DNA of 32,000 nt from Candidatus Iainarchaeum sp. (GTDB taxonomy: Archaea > Iainarchaeota > Iainarchaeia > Iainarchaeales > CSSED10-239): positions 456,418 through 488,417 of the forward strand of contig JBBISB010000001.1 in the NCBI GenBank assembly GCA_037441475.1, written 5' to 3'. Within the stretch, counting starts at the first letter, position 1. Each line of letters starts with the position of its first letter. The notes beneath the pieces are model-generated. The model saw nothing but the letters and a program-made list of their open reading frames with translations. It was not told the origin of the DNA and did no database searches. This document shows positions 9,171 to 18,115 of the stretch, piece after piece. Both the position numbers and the translations under genes were made by a program.

Positions 9171-9738
9171 TATAGAATAAAGTTAATTTTTCAGAACCTT
9201 CTTTAGATTCTTTAAACCATTCAAAATTAGTTATTGTTTCTATAATCTTAATTAATGTATTTAAATAATTTTTATCACTAGCATTATTTTCAACAATATT
9301 ATTTACCTCTGTAAATAAACTTACTTCTTTATTATTTAAATTAATTATTTTATAATTATATATAAAATCTTCTAATATCTTAACAACATTACTGCTTTCT
9401 AAATCTATTTGATCAACAGTATACTTAACTTCCCATTCTCCTTTACTTTTCCAATTATGGGCTGGATTTATGCCTGTGTTAAAATAATCAATAATTTTAT
9501 TTTCATAACCTACAGGAATAACCACCGCATTTCTACCTGGTTTATAGTGCGGTATATCTGTTAAAATTCCTTTTCTTATATATAAATAAGGTTTATTGTC
9601 TTTTTTTGTAACATTCTGTTGATAACCATATATTGATCTAAATACTTTTTGATATAAATAAGAAGATCTATTTATATTATCTTTAAATATAAACTTATAT
9701 TTTATATATATCGCTTTTATTTTACTCAAGAGAGACAC
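9136..9738 (-). CDS. Hypothetical protein, orphan, convergent with the 8552 gene
   Basis: ORF of 200 aa (GTG start); its stop codon lies inside a GTAATTAC palindrome; N-terminus MSLLSKIKAIYIKYKF may be amphipathic. Confidence 0.6.
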   Translation of the reverse strand: MSLLSKIKAIYIKYKFIFKDNINRSSYLYQKVFRSIYGYQQNVTKKDNKPYLYIRKGILTDIPHYKPGRNAVVIPVGYENKIIDYFNTGINPAHNWKSKGEWEVKYTVDQIDLESSNVVKILEDFIYNYKIINLNNKEVSLFTEVNNIVENNASDKNYLNTLIKIIETITNFEWFKESKEGSEKLTLFYSNYLKIKQKLQ

Positions 9739-9872
9739 CCTGTATTTCCTGTATTAATTTAATTTTATATAATAAAAAACTATTATGTATATTTATATAT
9801 AATATATATACGATTAACAATATAAATATATACTAAAAATAAGAAAAAATTATGCAAAAAAAGTAAATAAAT

Positions 9873-10238
9873 TTACTTTCTTGCTGAATATTTACTTTTA
9901 TAACCAATATACTTCTTTCTTATAGATGCATCTTTGCTTCTATTAGGATCCATTGGTTCTTCTACTACCATTTTTGGTTCAGAAGATCTTGTTACTGGAA
10001 CATTACCTGCATTAATTAAAATAATATCGTCAGCTGATAATACTTTATTATAAGGTATACTATGTTCTGTAATTATCTTCTTTGCCTCATGTTTTGAATT
10101 AACTTTTAAAGGTTGAGTTGTTATTGTTTCAATAACACCTTGTTCAATATTAACTATTAAATCATGAACTTTTCCTCTATATGTCGCATCTGTTTGGTAT
10201 ATATCCATACCGAATAACTTTGATATTCTTGTTGTCAT
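9873..10238 (-). CDS. PRC-barrel domain protein
   Basis: RISKLFGMDIYQTDATYRGKVHDLIVNIEQGVIETI...IPYNKVLSADDIILIN fits a small archaeal PRC-barrel protein. Confidence 0.75.
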   Translation of the reverse strand: MTTRISKLFGMDIYQTDATYRGKVHDLIVNIEQGVIETITTQPLKVNSKHEAKKIITEHSIPYNKVLSADDIILINAGNVPVTRSSEPKMVVEEPMDPNRSKDASIRKKYIGYKSKYSARK

Positions 10239-10285
10239 GTTTAATTCCTCCGAAAATAAATATTAATTTTATATTATAGTGTTAT

Positions 10286-10306
10286 ACAAAAGATTTATAT
10301 ATCTTT
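10286..10306 (-). promoter_or_regulatory. Probable TATA box region for the PRC-barrel gene
   Basis: Minus strand reads AAAAGATATATAAATCTTTTG upstream of the start codon. Confidence 0.4.
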
Positions 10307-10428
10307 TTATTTAATAAATATACTTTATGTTTACAATTTAGTTTATTTTCCAAAACGCCTTTTTTTCATTGAAATTTAAACTCTCTGCCCTCCTTTTATT
10401 ACAGGAAGTGTGGGGTCATGCTTCCAAC

Positions 10429-11265
10429 CTAAAGATTATCTAAGGGATTTTTAATGATTTTCAATTTATTTGTGTTTACTTTAGTGTATATTTGGGTAGT
10501 ATTTAGGTTAGCATGCCCTAAAAGCTGTTGTATATACCTTATATTTACATCATTTTCTAAAAGACTAGTTGCAAACGAGTGCCTTAGAGTGTGTGGCGAC
10601 ACTTTTTTAACAATCTCTGCTTTCCTTGCAGCTGTTTTTAAAAATTTTTGAACAGTATCAACAGAGAGCATTTTTCCTTCTCCATTACAAAACAAATAAT
10701 CACTTTCAATTTTTCTTTTACTTAAATAAACCTTATAATCTTCTATCCATCTTTTAGAAAGAATAATTATTCTATCTTTATTCCCTTTACCAGAAACAAC
10801 CTTTCCTGTACACTCATTAAAATCAAGAGAACTTATTTTCATAGACATACATTCAGATATCCTAACTCCAGTTGAAAAAATAAACTGTGTAATTAATTTA
10901 TTTCTAATATTTGTAATATTCTCTAAAAGTTCAATAATTTCTTTAGAGGTTAAGACAACAGGTATTTTTTTAGCTTTCTTTGGAAGCTTAATATTAATAT
11001 CTAAATCTTTTTTTAAAAAGTTTGTATAAAAATGTTTAATAGCAGAAAGAATTAAGTTCATTGTTGTGCTTTCAACTTTCTTTTCTGTTTTTAAGTACGA
11101 TAGATATTCAATAACATCATCACTTGTAACTTCTAAAAGATCTTTTTTTATAAACTTATAAAAAAGAGTAATATACATTGAGTATGTTTCTATGGTCTTA
11201 GGACTATACCCCTCTACGTTTAATTCGTTCTTAAATTTTGTTATAAGCTTAATATTTTCACTCAT
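10429..11265 (-). CDS. xerA: Tyrosine recombinase, XerA/XerC/D family
   Basis: Catalytic motifs FSTGVRISE, GKGNKDR, SPHTLRHSFA, LLGHANLNTTQIYTKV. Confidence 0.9.
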   Translation of the reverse strand: MSENIKLITKFKNELNVEGYSPKTIETYSMYITLFYKFIKKDLLEVTSDDVIEYLSYLKTEKKVESTTMNLILSAIKHFYTNFLKKDLDINIKLPKKAKKIPVVLTSKEIIELLENITNIRNKLITQFIFSTGVRISECMSMKISSLDFNECTGKVVSGKGNKDRIIILSKRWIEDYKVYLSKRKIESDYLFCNGEGKMLSVDTVQKFLKTAARKAEIVKKVSPHTLRHSFATSLLENDVNIRYIQQLLGHANLNTTQIYTKVNTNKLKIIKNPLDNL

Positions 11266-11508
11266 TTTTTATTCACAAATTTATTATGTTTAGTTGTAGT
11301 TTACATAAAATAAACCTATATAACCTTATCAAATAGATTGTTATGCAGAACAATATATATATCTTTTCCTCTCTTTTAAACATAACTTTCATTATCTAAA
11401 AAATATCTTTCATATATTTAGTAATTTAAACCAATCACCTTAAAAATAAAATCTACTATTATATTTGAATACTTTCCATTTTTTATAAAAATAAGGGGTT
11501 TATAAAAA

Positions 11509-12027
11509 ATGAGCTATGGTAAACTACAAATATATACTGGCGATGGAAAGGGTAAGACCACTGCTGCTATTGGTTTATCTGTAAGAGCTGCAGGAAGAGG
11601 AGCTAATGTTTATTTTGTTCAGTTTTTAAAAAAACAAAGAACAGGAGAGCAAAAGTCCTTACCTAAAATAGAAAATATTATCTTTAAAAGATTTGGCTTT
11701 AAGGAATTTATAATAAACAACAAAATATTAAAAGAACATGTAGAAACCACTAACAAAGCAATCAAGTATGTGGATTATATTTTAAAAAATAAAAAAATAG
11801 ATATTTTAGTTTTAGATGAATTGAATATTATTTTATACTACAACCTTATAACTTTAGAAAAAGTAAAAACAATAATTAATATATGTAAACAAAAAAATAT
11901 CGAAATAATAATCACAGGAAGAAAACCAAACAAAGAAATAATTTCTCTTGCAGACCTTGTAACTGAAATGAAAGAGATTAAGCATTATTTTAAGGACACA
12001 AGAGCAAGAAAAGGAATTGAATTTTAA
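11509..12027 (+). CDS. cobO: Cob(I)alamin / cobyrinic acid a,c-diamide adenosyltransferase, CobA/CobO/BtuR family
   Basis: P-loop YTGDGKGKTTAAIGLSVRAAGRG; VLDELN; ITGRKP. Confidence 0.9.
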   Translation: MSYGKLQIYTGDGKGKTTAAIGLSVRAAGRGANVYFVQFLKKQRTGEQKSLPKIENIIFKRFGFKEFIINNKILKEHVETTNKAIKYVDYILKNKKIDILVLDELNIILYYNLITLEKVKTIINICKQKNIEIIITGRKPNKEIISLADLVTEMKEIKHYFKDTRARKGIEF

Positions 12028-12056
12028 TGTTTTTTTAAAAAAAGGGGTTTTAAATT

Positions 12057-14660
12057 ATGAATATGATTTTAAAAATTAAAAAAATTACACAAGTGAAAAA
12101 AAGAACTGGTGAAATTGTTGATTTTAATAAGCTTAAAATAGAAACTGCGATATTAAAGGCAACGAAGTCTGTCGACGAAGTTAATGAAGATTTATTAGAG
12201 ACACTGGTTGAAAAAGTAATTCTTGTTTTAGAATCAAAATTTATTAATAAGGTGCCTTCTGTTGAAGATGTTTCAGACACCATAGAGTATGTCTTGATAG
12301 CATCTGAACTTTCAAACGTTGCTAAATCATTTATTCTTTATAGAGAAGAAAAAAGAAAGCTAAGGGAAAGTAAAGAGGTTGTGGTTGATAATGAGATTGT
12401 TAAAAGTTTAAAAGAAAAAAAATTATCTTTAACAAAGCAAGCGGTCAATGTCTTAAACAACTCTGATATTTTTAAAGATCTTGGTTTAATAATTTTCTTA
12501 GACAGATACTCCTTAAAATCTAAAAGAGAAGAAATAGAAGTAGGAGATTTAATCATCACAATTTCTAAAGAAGACCCAAAATACCCTAAAAAAGATTTAG
12601 GTATTGTTAAAAACATAGCAAACAATAAACTATATCTTCATATGATAACTGGTGTTTATGCAGATGATTTTTATAACTTTGAGTTTGTCCAAGAAAAAAG
12701 CAAATGTGAAAAACCACAAGAATCTGTTTTTGATACCTATAAAAGAGTTGCAAAAGCAGTGGCTAAGGTTGAAAAAGATAATTTTTTAAAAAATAAATGG
12801 TTTGAAGAATTTTATGAACAATTAAAAAACAACCATATATCTCCTGGTGGAAGAATACTTTCTGGTGCTTCAGTTGATGACTTAGGGTACACCTCAAACC
12901 TTACTTTATACAATTGTTATGTTATCCCTTCTCCAAAGGACTCAAGAAAATCAATTATTAAAGAAGCTGCTCACTACATGGTTGAAATTTTTTCAAGAGG
13001 AGGGGGTGTTGGTATGGCATTATCAAGCCTAAGACCAGCATACGCTTATGTAAGAGGGGTTCATGGAAGATCCTCTGGTGCAGTTTCATGGGGTGGACTT
13101 TACTCTTTCTTAACAGGCCTTATAGAGCAAGGCGGTTCAAGAAGGGGTGCATTAATGTTAATGCTTGATGATTGGCACCCTGATGTTTATAATTTTATTG
13201 ACTCAAAAACCAAGTCAGGGGTTTTAGAACATGCAAACATCTCTGTCAAGGTATCAGATGCTTTAATGGAAGCTGTTAAGAATGATGATGACTGGTATTT
13301 AGAATTTCCAGATTATGAAAGCGCAACTCACTCAGAAGTATATGATCAAGAATGGGATGGAGATTTAAAGGGTTGGAAAGAAAAAGGATATCCTACAAAA
13401 GTATATGATAAAGTTAAGGCAAGAGATCTTTGGAAAAAAATAATTAATTCTGCGTGGAAATCAGCTGAACCAGGTGTTGTTTTCATGGAGAGATACAATA
13501 AAATGAGTAACAGTTATTATTATAACAAGATTGTTGCAACAAACCCTTGTGGCGAACAAGGCTTACCAGCATGGGGTGTTTGTAATCTTGGACACCTTTA
13601 CTTAGCCTCCTTTGCAGAAAAAATTGGTGAGGACGATGTTGGCCCAATCTATGAATTTAACTGGGCAAAACTTAAAAAATCTGCAAGAGTCTTAACAAGA
13701 TTTTTAGACAACATCATAGACTTAACACCTTACTTCTTTGAAGAAAATGAAAAGGTACAAAAGTCAGAGAGAAGGGTCGGCGGAGGAACATTAGGGCTTG
13801 CAGAATTATTAATAAAGTTAAGAATTGTTTACGGTTCTCCAGAGAGCCTAAAGTTTATTGATGAAATATACAAAACAATTACTTGTGAAATGTACAGTGC
13901 ATCCTCTCTTTTAGCTGAAGAAAAGGGTTTTTTCCCTAAGTTTGATAAGGAAAAATATCTTAACAGTAGGTTTGTAAGAGAACTTCCTTTAGAGGTTCAA
14001 GAAAAAATAAAAGAAAAGGGTATTAGAAATGTAACTTTAATAACTCAAGCGCCAACAGGCTCAACTGGAACAATGATAGGCACATCTACAGGAATCGAAC
14101 CGTATTTTGCTTTTAAATACTATAGACAATCAAGACTTGGCTTCCACGAGGTAAATGTTCCTTTAGCTGAAACATACTATAAAGATGGAAAATTACCTAA
14201 CTTCTTTATATCAGCAATGGAGTTATCTCCTGATGACCACATTAAGGTTCAAGCAGCTATCCAAAAATGGACTGACTCTTCTATAAGTAAGACAGCAAAT
14301 GTCCCTGCAAACTTCACTCTTGAACAAACAGAAGAGCTTTACCTTAAGGCCTATGATTTAGGTTGTAAGGGAGTAACAATATACAGAGACTCTTCAAGAG
14401 ACGAACAAGTTCTTTCAACTAATAAGGATCAAGAACAAAAAAACGAAGAATCTATAAAAAAGAAAATTGAGGAGAAAACAAAAAAAATAAATCCTCAAAA
14501 AGAAATTGTAAAAGAAGTAACTGAAAAAGATGTTGTTTATGGTTCTGATGCTGGTAACACCTGTCCTTCTTGTAAGAAAGGAAAAATGATTAAACTAAGC
14601 GGGTGTACAGAGTGTTCTGCCGGTTGTGGCTTTAAAGGTTCTTGCGACATGAAAACATAA
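12057..14660 (+). CDS. nrdJ: Adenosylcobalamin-dependent (class II) ribonucleotide reductase with N-terminal ATP-cone
   Basis: ATP-cone (KRTGEIVDFNKLKIETAILKA); NCYVIPSP; GGVGMALSSLRP; NPCGEQGLPAWGVCNLGHLYL; QAPTGSTGTMIGTSTGIEP; C-terminal Cys-rich CPSCKKGKMIKLSGCTEC. Confidence 0.95.
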   Translation: MNMILKIKKITQVKKRTGEIVDFNKLKIETAILKATKSVDEVNEDLLETLVEKVILVLESKFINKVPSVEDVSDTIEYVLIASELSNVAKSFILYREEKRKLRESKEVVVDNEIVKSLKEKKLSLTKQAVNVLNNSDIFKDLGLIIFLDRYSLKSKREEIEVGDLIITISKEDPKYPKKDLGIVKNIANNKLYLHMITGVYADDFYNFEFVQEKSKCEKPQESVFDTYKRVAKAVAKVEKDNFLKNKWFEEFYEQLKNNHISPGGRILSGASVDDLGYTSNLTLYNCYVIPSPKDSRKSIIKEAAHYMVEIFSRGGGVGMALSSLRPAYAYVRGVHGRSSGAVSWGGLYSFLTGLIEQGGSRRGALMLMLDDWHPDVYNFIDSKTKSGVLEHANISVKVSDALMEAVKNDDDWYLEFPDYESATHSEVYDQEWDGDLKGWKEKGYPTKVYDKVKARDLWKKIINSAWKSAEPGVVFMERYNKMSNSYYYNKIVATNPCGEQGLPAWGVCNLGHLYLASFAEKIGEDDVGPIYEFNWAKLKKSARVLTRFLDNIIDLTPYFFEENEKVQKSERRVGGGTLGLAELLIKLRIVYGSPESLKFIDEIYKTITCEMYSASSLLAEEKGFFPKFDKEKYLNSRFVRELPLEVQEKIKEKGIRNVTLITQAPTGSTGTMIGTSTGIEPYFAFKYYRQSRLGFHEVNVPLAETYYKDGKLPNFFISAMELSPDDHIKVQAAIQKWTDSSISKTANVPANFTLEQTEELYLKAYDLGCKGVTIYRDSSRDEQVLSTNKDQEQKNEESIKKKIEEKTKKINPQKEIVKEVTEKDVVYGSDAGNTCPSCKKGKMIKLSGCTECSAGCGFKGSCDMKT

Positions 14661-14694
14661 GTTTCTTATTTAAGATAAAAGAGGTTTTTTAAAA

Positions 14695-15132
14695 ATGATA
14701 AATGTAAAGAGATTAACTGAAACTGCAAGGCTTCCTGAAAGAGCACATGATAACGACGCGGGGTATGACCTGTTTTCTGATGAATCAATGATTATTCCTG
14801 CGCAGGAAAGAAGAGTTATTAAAACAGGAATATCAGTTTCAATGACTTCTTTGGTATCAGATGTTTTTTCAAGTTACCTAAGGATAGCCCCTAGGTCTGG
14901 TCTTGCTGTTAAAAAAGGAATTAATGTTTTTGCAGGTGTTGTGGATATTAGTTATAGAGGAGAAATCATGGTTTGTTTATTTAATTCTTCAAAAGAGGAT
15001 TTTGAGGTTTTAAAAGGCGATAAGATAGCTCAAATGATACCAACTGTGATTGTTAAAGAAGATTTAAAAGAAGTAGGTTCTTTAGATGAAACAACAAGAG
15101 GAGACAAAGGTTTTGGATCTTCAGGAAGATAA
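14695..15132 (+). CDS. dut: dUTP diphosphatase (trimeric dUTPase family)
   Basis: DAGYDLFS, PRSGLAVKKGINVFAGVVDISYRGEI, GDKIAQMI and C-terminal TTRGDKGFGSSGR. Confidence 0.93.
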   Translation: MINVKRLTETARLPERAHDNDAGYDLFSDESMIIPAQERRVIKTGISVSMTSLVSDVFSSYLRIAPRSGLAVKKGINVFAGVVDISYRGEIMVCLFNSSKEDFEVLKGDKIAQMIPTVIVKEDLKEVGSLDETTRGDKGFGSSGR

Positions 15133-15140
15133 TAACGCCA

Positions 15141-15482
15141 ATGATTATTTATGAAAAAATCAAAAGCCCAAAAAAAGCAGTTAAATCTATTTTAAATAAT
15201 AATAACGTCAGAAGAACTGCAAACAATAAAGCTGTTTCTTTTAAAAAATCATCTGAAATTAATAATAAAATAACTTTATTTAAAAATAATGAAAAAACAA
15301 TTTTTAATTTTTTAGAAGGTCGCACAAACAACCTTTCTTCTGAGTTAAAGGATTGCGCGAAAATATATTTTTTATTTAAATTAAAAAATGAACAAAACCC
15401 TATAAGGCACAAGCCAAATCAAGATGCGGTTATTAAAAATAATTATTTATTATATAAAAAATATTTAGATAAGTTAACTTAA
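15141..15482 (+). CDS. Small basic hypothetical protein
   Basis: ORF of 113 aa directly after dut on the same strand; overlaps the cdc48 3' end by 4 nt. Confidence 0.5.
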   Translation: MIIYEKIKSPKKAVKSILNNNNVRRTANNKAVSFKKSSEINNKITLFKNNEKTIFNFLEGRTNNLSSELKDCAKIYFLFKLKNEQNPIRHKPNQDAVIKNNYLLYKKYLDKLT

Positions 15483-17668
15483 ATTACACCTTTTTCTAAA
15501 TTATTTTTTTGTTTTTTATCTTTATTTTTTTCTTTTGAAATATTCTTTATATCTTTAATTGCAGTTTTTAAATGTTTTTCAGTAATTAAAAGATTCTTTT
15601 CTTTTCCGAATATATTTTCTCTTAAAACCTGCATCCCTGCTTCTCTTACAATTGCCTCAATATCTGCTCCTGAACAGCCATCTGTCTCTTTTACAAGTTC
15701 CTTGAGGTTTATATTTTTATCGCAAGTCATTTGTTTAAGATACACTTCAAATATTTTTTCTCTTGATTTGTAATCTGGGAGAGGAATCTCTAACTTTAAA
15801 TCAAACCTTCCTGGTCTTAAGAAGGCAGGATCAATAATATCTATCCTGTTTGTTGCTCCAACAATAACAATATCCTTTAACTTTGAAACACCGTCCATTT
15901 CTGTTAACAGTTGTGAAACAATACTGTTGTTGTAATCTGAGTTGGAGTTTTCATTTTGTCTTTGCCCTGTAATTGCATCAATCTCATCAAAGAAAATTAT
16001 AGATGGTGCAAGTTGCCTTGCCTTCTTAAAAATATCTCTTATCTTCTTTTCACTATCCCCTTGAAGATTCTGTTTTATCTCTGATGTTTTTAAAGATATA
16101 AAATTAAATTGACTTTCATTAGCAATTGCCTTTGCAATTAAGGTTTTTCCTGTGCCTGGAGGCCCGTAAAGAATAACCCCTGCAGGTGGCGAGATGTTTA
16201 GTTCCTTAAACTTATCTGGATATTTCAAGGGCCATTCAATCATTTCCTTTAACTTTTGTTTTTGCTCATAAAGACCACCAATATCACCCCATGTGGTAGA
16301 TGGCACTTGTACTTGCACCTCTCTAAGTGCAGATGGCTCCACAACATTTAAAGCGTCCAAGAAATCTAGTTGTTTTATGATCAGTTGATCCATGATCTCT
16401 CTTGGTAGTTGTTTGTCATTAGTTTTATTAATGATCGGCATTAATCTCTTTATTGCCTTTAAAGCCGCCTCTTTACAAAGCGCAGAAATATCTGCTCCAG
16501 AAAAACCATTTGTCATCTCTACAATCTCATCAACATTTAAATCTTCAATAGGCATTCCTCTAGTATGTACTTGTAAAATTTCTTTTCTTGATTCCTTGTC
16601 AGGAACATTAATCTCAAGTTCTCTATCAAATCTTCCTGGTCTTCTTAAAGCCATGTCAATAGAGTCTGGCATGTTTGTGGCAGCAATAACAACAACCTGC
16701 CCTCTACTGTTAAGTCCATCCATTAAGGTTAATAGTTGAGCAAGTAAGGATTTATTAAAATCAGATGTATATGATTTATCTCTCTTTGGAGCAATTGCAT
16801 CAATCTCGTCAATAAAGATAATAGCTGGTGCGTTTTCTTCAGCATCCTTAAAAATATCTCTTAAGTTTTCTTCAGATTTTCCTATTTGAGCAGTAATTAT
16901 CTCTGGCCCATTAATTGTTATAAACTTGGCATCAGTTTCAGCAGCAACTGCTTTTGCTAAAAGAGTTTTTCCTGTTCCTGGTGGGCCATACAAAAGAACT
17001 CCTTTAGGTGGAGTTATCCCTAATTTTTTAAAAATCTCTGGTCTTTTAATAGGTAGTTCGACCATCTCTCTAATAGCTTCAATCTCTTTTTTAAGTCCAC
17101 CAATATCGTCATATGTCATTGAAGGGCTTTTTGCATCTTCTGCTTTTTCTGAAATAACTATTTTTGTTTTTTCAGTTATTCTTACAGCATTTTTAGGTAT
17201 GGTTTTATTAACTATTAGTTGTAGATCTCTATATCCTTCTTCAGTAAGTATAGGTATTCCAGGTATCTTAACAATATTTTTTTCAATAACATTAAGGCTT
17301 AATAGTTTTTCTTTAATTATGCTTTCAATATCTTTTGTAAAACTTATTTTTTTATTTTTTTCAATAATTGGTGCAAAGTTAATCATTTCACAAGCGGCAA
17401 CAGGTATTTTTTCAATAAAAACAGAATCGTCTATTGAAGCTCCTGCATTATACCTAACAACTCCATCAACCTTAATTTGATTTAAACCAGCATCTTTCTC
17501 TGTGCCTCTTGTTGCGTAAGCTAAGGCTTTTTTAGATCCTTCAATTAAGATAACGTCTCCTATGGATAGTTTCATTTTATCAAAGACAATAGGGTCTAGC
17601 TTAGCTATACCTTTTAAGGCATCCTTAATGTCTGTTTCTTTAACAGTTAAAATATTTTTTTCAACCAT
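15479..17668 (-). CDS. CDC48/VCP-type AAA+ ATPase with two AAA domains
   Basis: Two Walker A motifs (LLYGPPGTGKTLLAKAVA, ILYGPPGTGKTLIAKAIA), Walker B FIDEIDAIAP / FFDEIDAITG, SRH motifs. Confidence 0.95.
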   Translation of the reverse strand: MVEKNILTVKETDIKDALKGIAKLDPIVFDKMKLSIGDVILIEGSKKALAYATRGTEKDAGLNQIKVDGVVRYNAGASIDDSVFIEKIPVAACEMINFAPIIEKNKKISFTKDIESIIKEKLLSLNVIEKNIVKIPGIPILTEEGYRDLQLIVNKTIPKNAVRITEKTKIVISEKAEDAKSPSMTYDDIGGLKKEIEAIREMVELPIKRPEIFKKLGITPPKGVLLYGPPGTGKTLLAKAVAAETDAKFITINGPEIITAQIGKSEENLRDIFKDAEENAPAIIFIDEIDAIAPKRDKSYTSDFNKSLLAQLLTLMDGLNSRGQVVVIAATNMPDSIDMALRRPGRFDRELEINVPDKESRKEILQVHTRGMPIEDLNVDEIVEMTNGFSGADISALCKEAALKAIKRLMPIINKTNDKQLPREIMDQLIIKQLDFLDALNVVEPSALREVQVQVPSTTWGDIGGLYEQKQKLKEMIEWPLKYPDKFKELNISPPAGVILYGPPGTGKTLIAKAIANESQFNFISLKTSEIKQNLQGDSEKKIRDIFKKARQLAPSIIFFDEIDAITGQRQNENSNSDYNNSIVSQLLTEMDGVSKLKDIVIVGATNRIDIIDPAFLRPGRFDLKLEIPLPDYKSREKIFEVYLKQMTCDKNINLKELVKETDGCSGADIEAIVREAGMQVLRENIFGKEKNLLITEKHLKTAIKDIKNISKEKNKDKKQKNNLEKGVI

Positions 17669-17738
17669 AGTTTTTTCCTTATATAATTAATATATTTATA
17701 TATATGATAGAAAGGGCTTAAAAAGATTTTTGTTTTTT

Positions 17739-18083
17739 CTAAATTGAAGAGTAAGCTATAATAGAAAGTGCGCTTACAATTGAGTATGATAAATGCCATT
17801 GCCAATCATCGTTCTTTTTAATATATAAAAAATAAATCCCTATTAAAACAAATAAAAAAGCAGTTAAAAAATAAATTGCCTTGAAGTTAGCTAAGTAAAA
17901 CAAATATAAATTATAAGCAACTATAATGTAAGCAAATATTTTGTCTAGCCGCTTAAATTTATTTTTATTTGAGAGATGGTAAAGTGTAGAAAAAATAAAA
18001 AGCAAGAGTGTAAGCCCTGCGTAAACATATATTTTATAGTGTGTGCTTAAAAGTAAGGGTATTAAAAAAAACAATTGCTCCAA
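17739..18083 (-). CDS. Small multi-pass membrane protein; possible CREST/PAQR-like motifs
   Basis: ORF of 114 aa with several TM segments; FSTLYHLSN...RLDKIFAYIIVAYN...WQWHLSYSIVSA. Confidence 0.5.
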   Translation of the reverse strand: MEQLFFLIPLLLSTHYKIYVYAGLTLLLFIFSTLYHLSNKNKFKRLDKIFAYIIVAYNLYLFYLANFKAIYFLTAFLFVLIGIYFLYIKKNDDWQWHLSYSIVSALSIIAYSSI

Positions 18084-18115
18084 ATCTCAGAAGTTATTTT
18101 CATATTTTTCTTAGT

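Noticed and set aside
11266-11508. Cobalamin riboswitch upstream of the adenosyltransferase
   Set aside because: No B12-box-like GC-rich structured core; the region is uniformly AT-rich.
12057-14660. Intein in the ribonucleotide reductase
   Set aside because: 867 aa is normal for a class II RNR with an ATP-cone, and active-site regions are contiguous with no splice-junction motifs.
16392-17480. ORFs 16392-16739 and 16926-17480 on the plus strand
   Set aside because: Antisense to the well-conserved cdc48 coding sequence with no recognisable domains. The same applies to 1611-1796(-), 3496-3783(+), 4268-4462(+), 4989-5300(+), 7658-7855(-), 10454-10651(+), 12050-12283(-), 12338-12625(-), 15149-15412(-), 20554-20769(+), 21658-22119(+), 22723-22914(+), 23407-23691(+), 26604-26855(-), 27540-27926(-) and 28945-29160(-).
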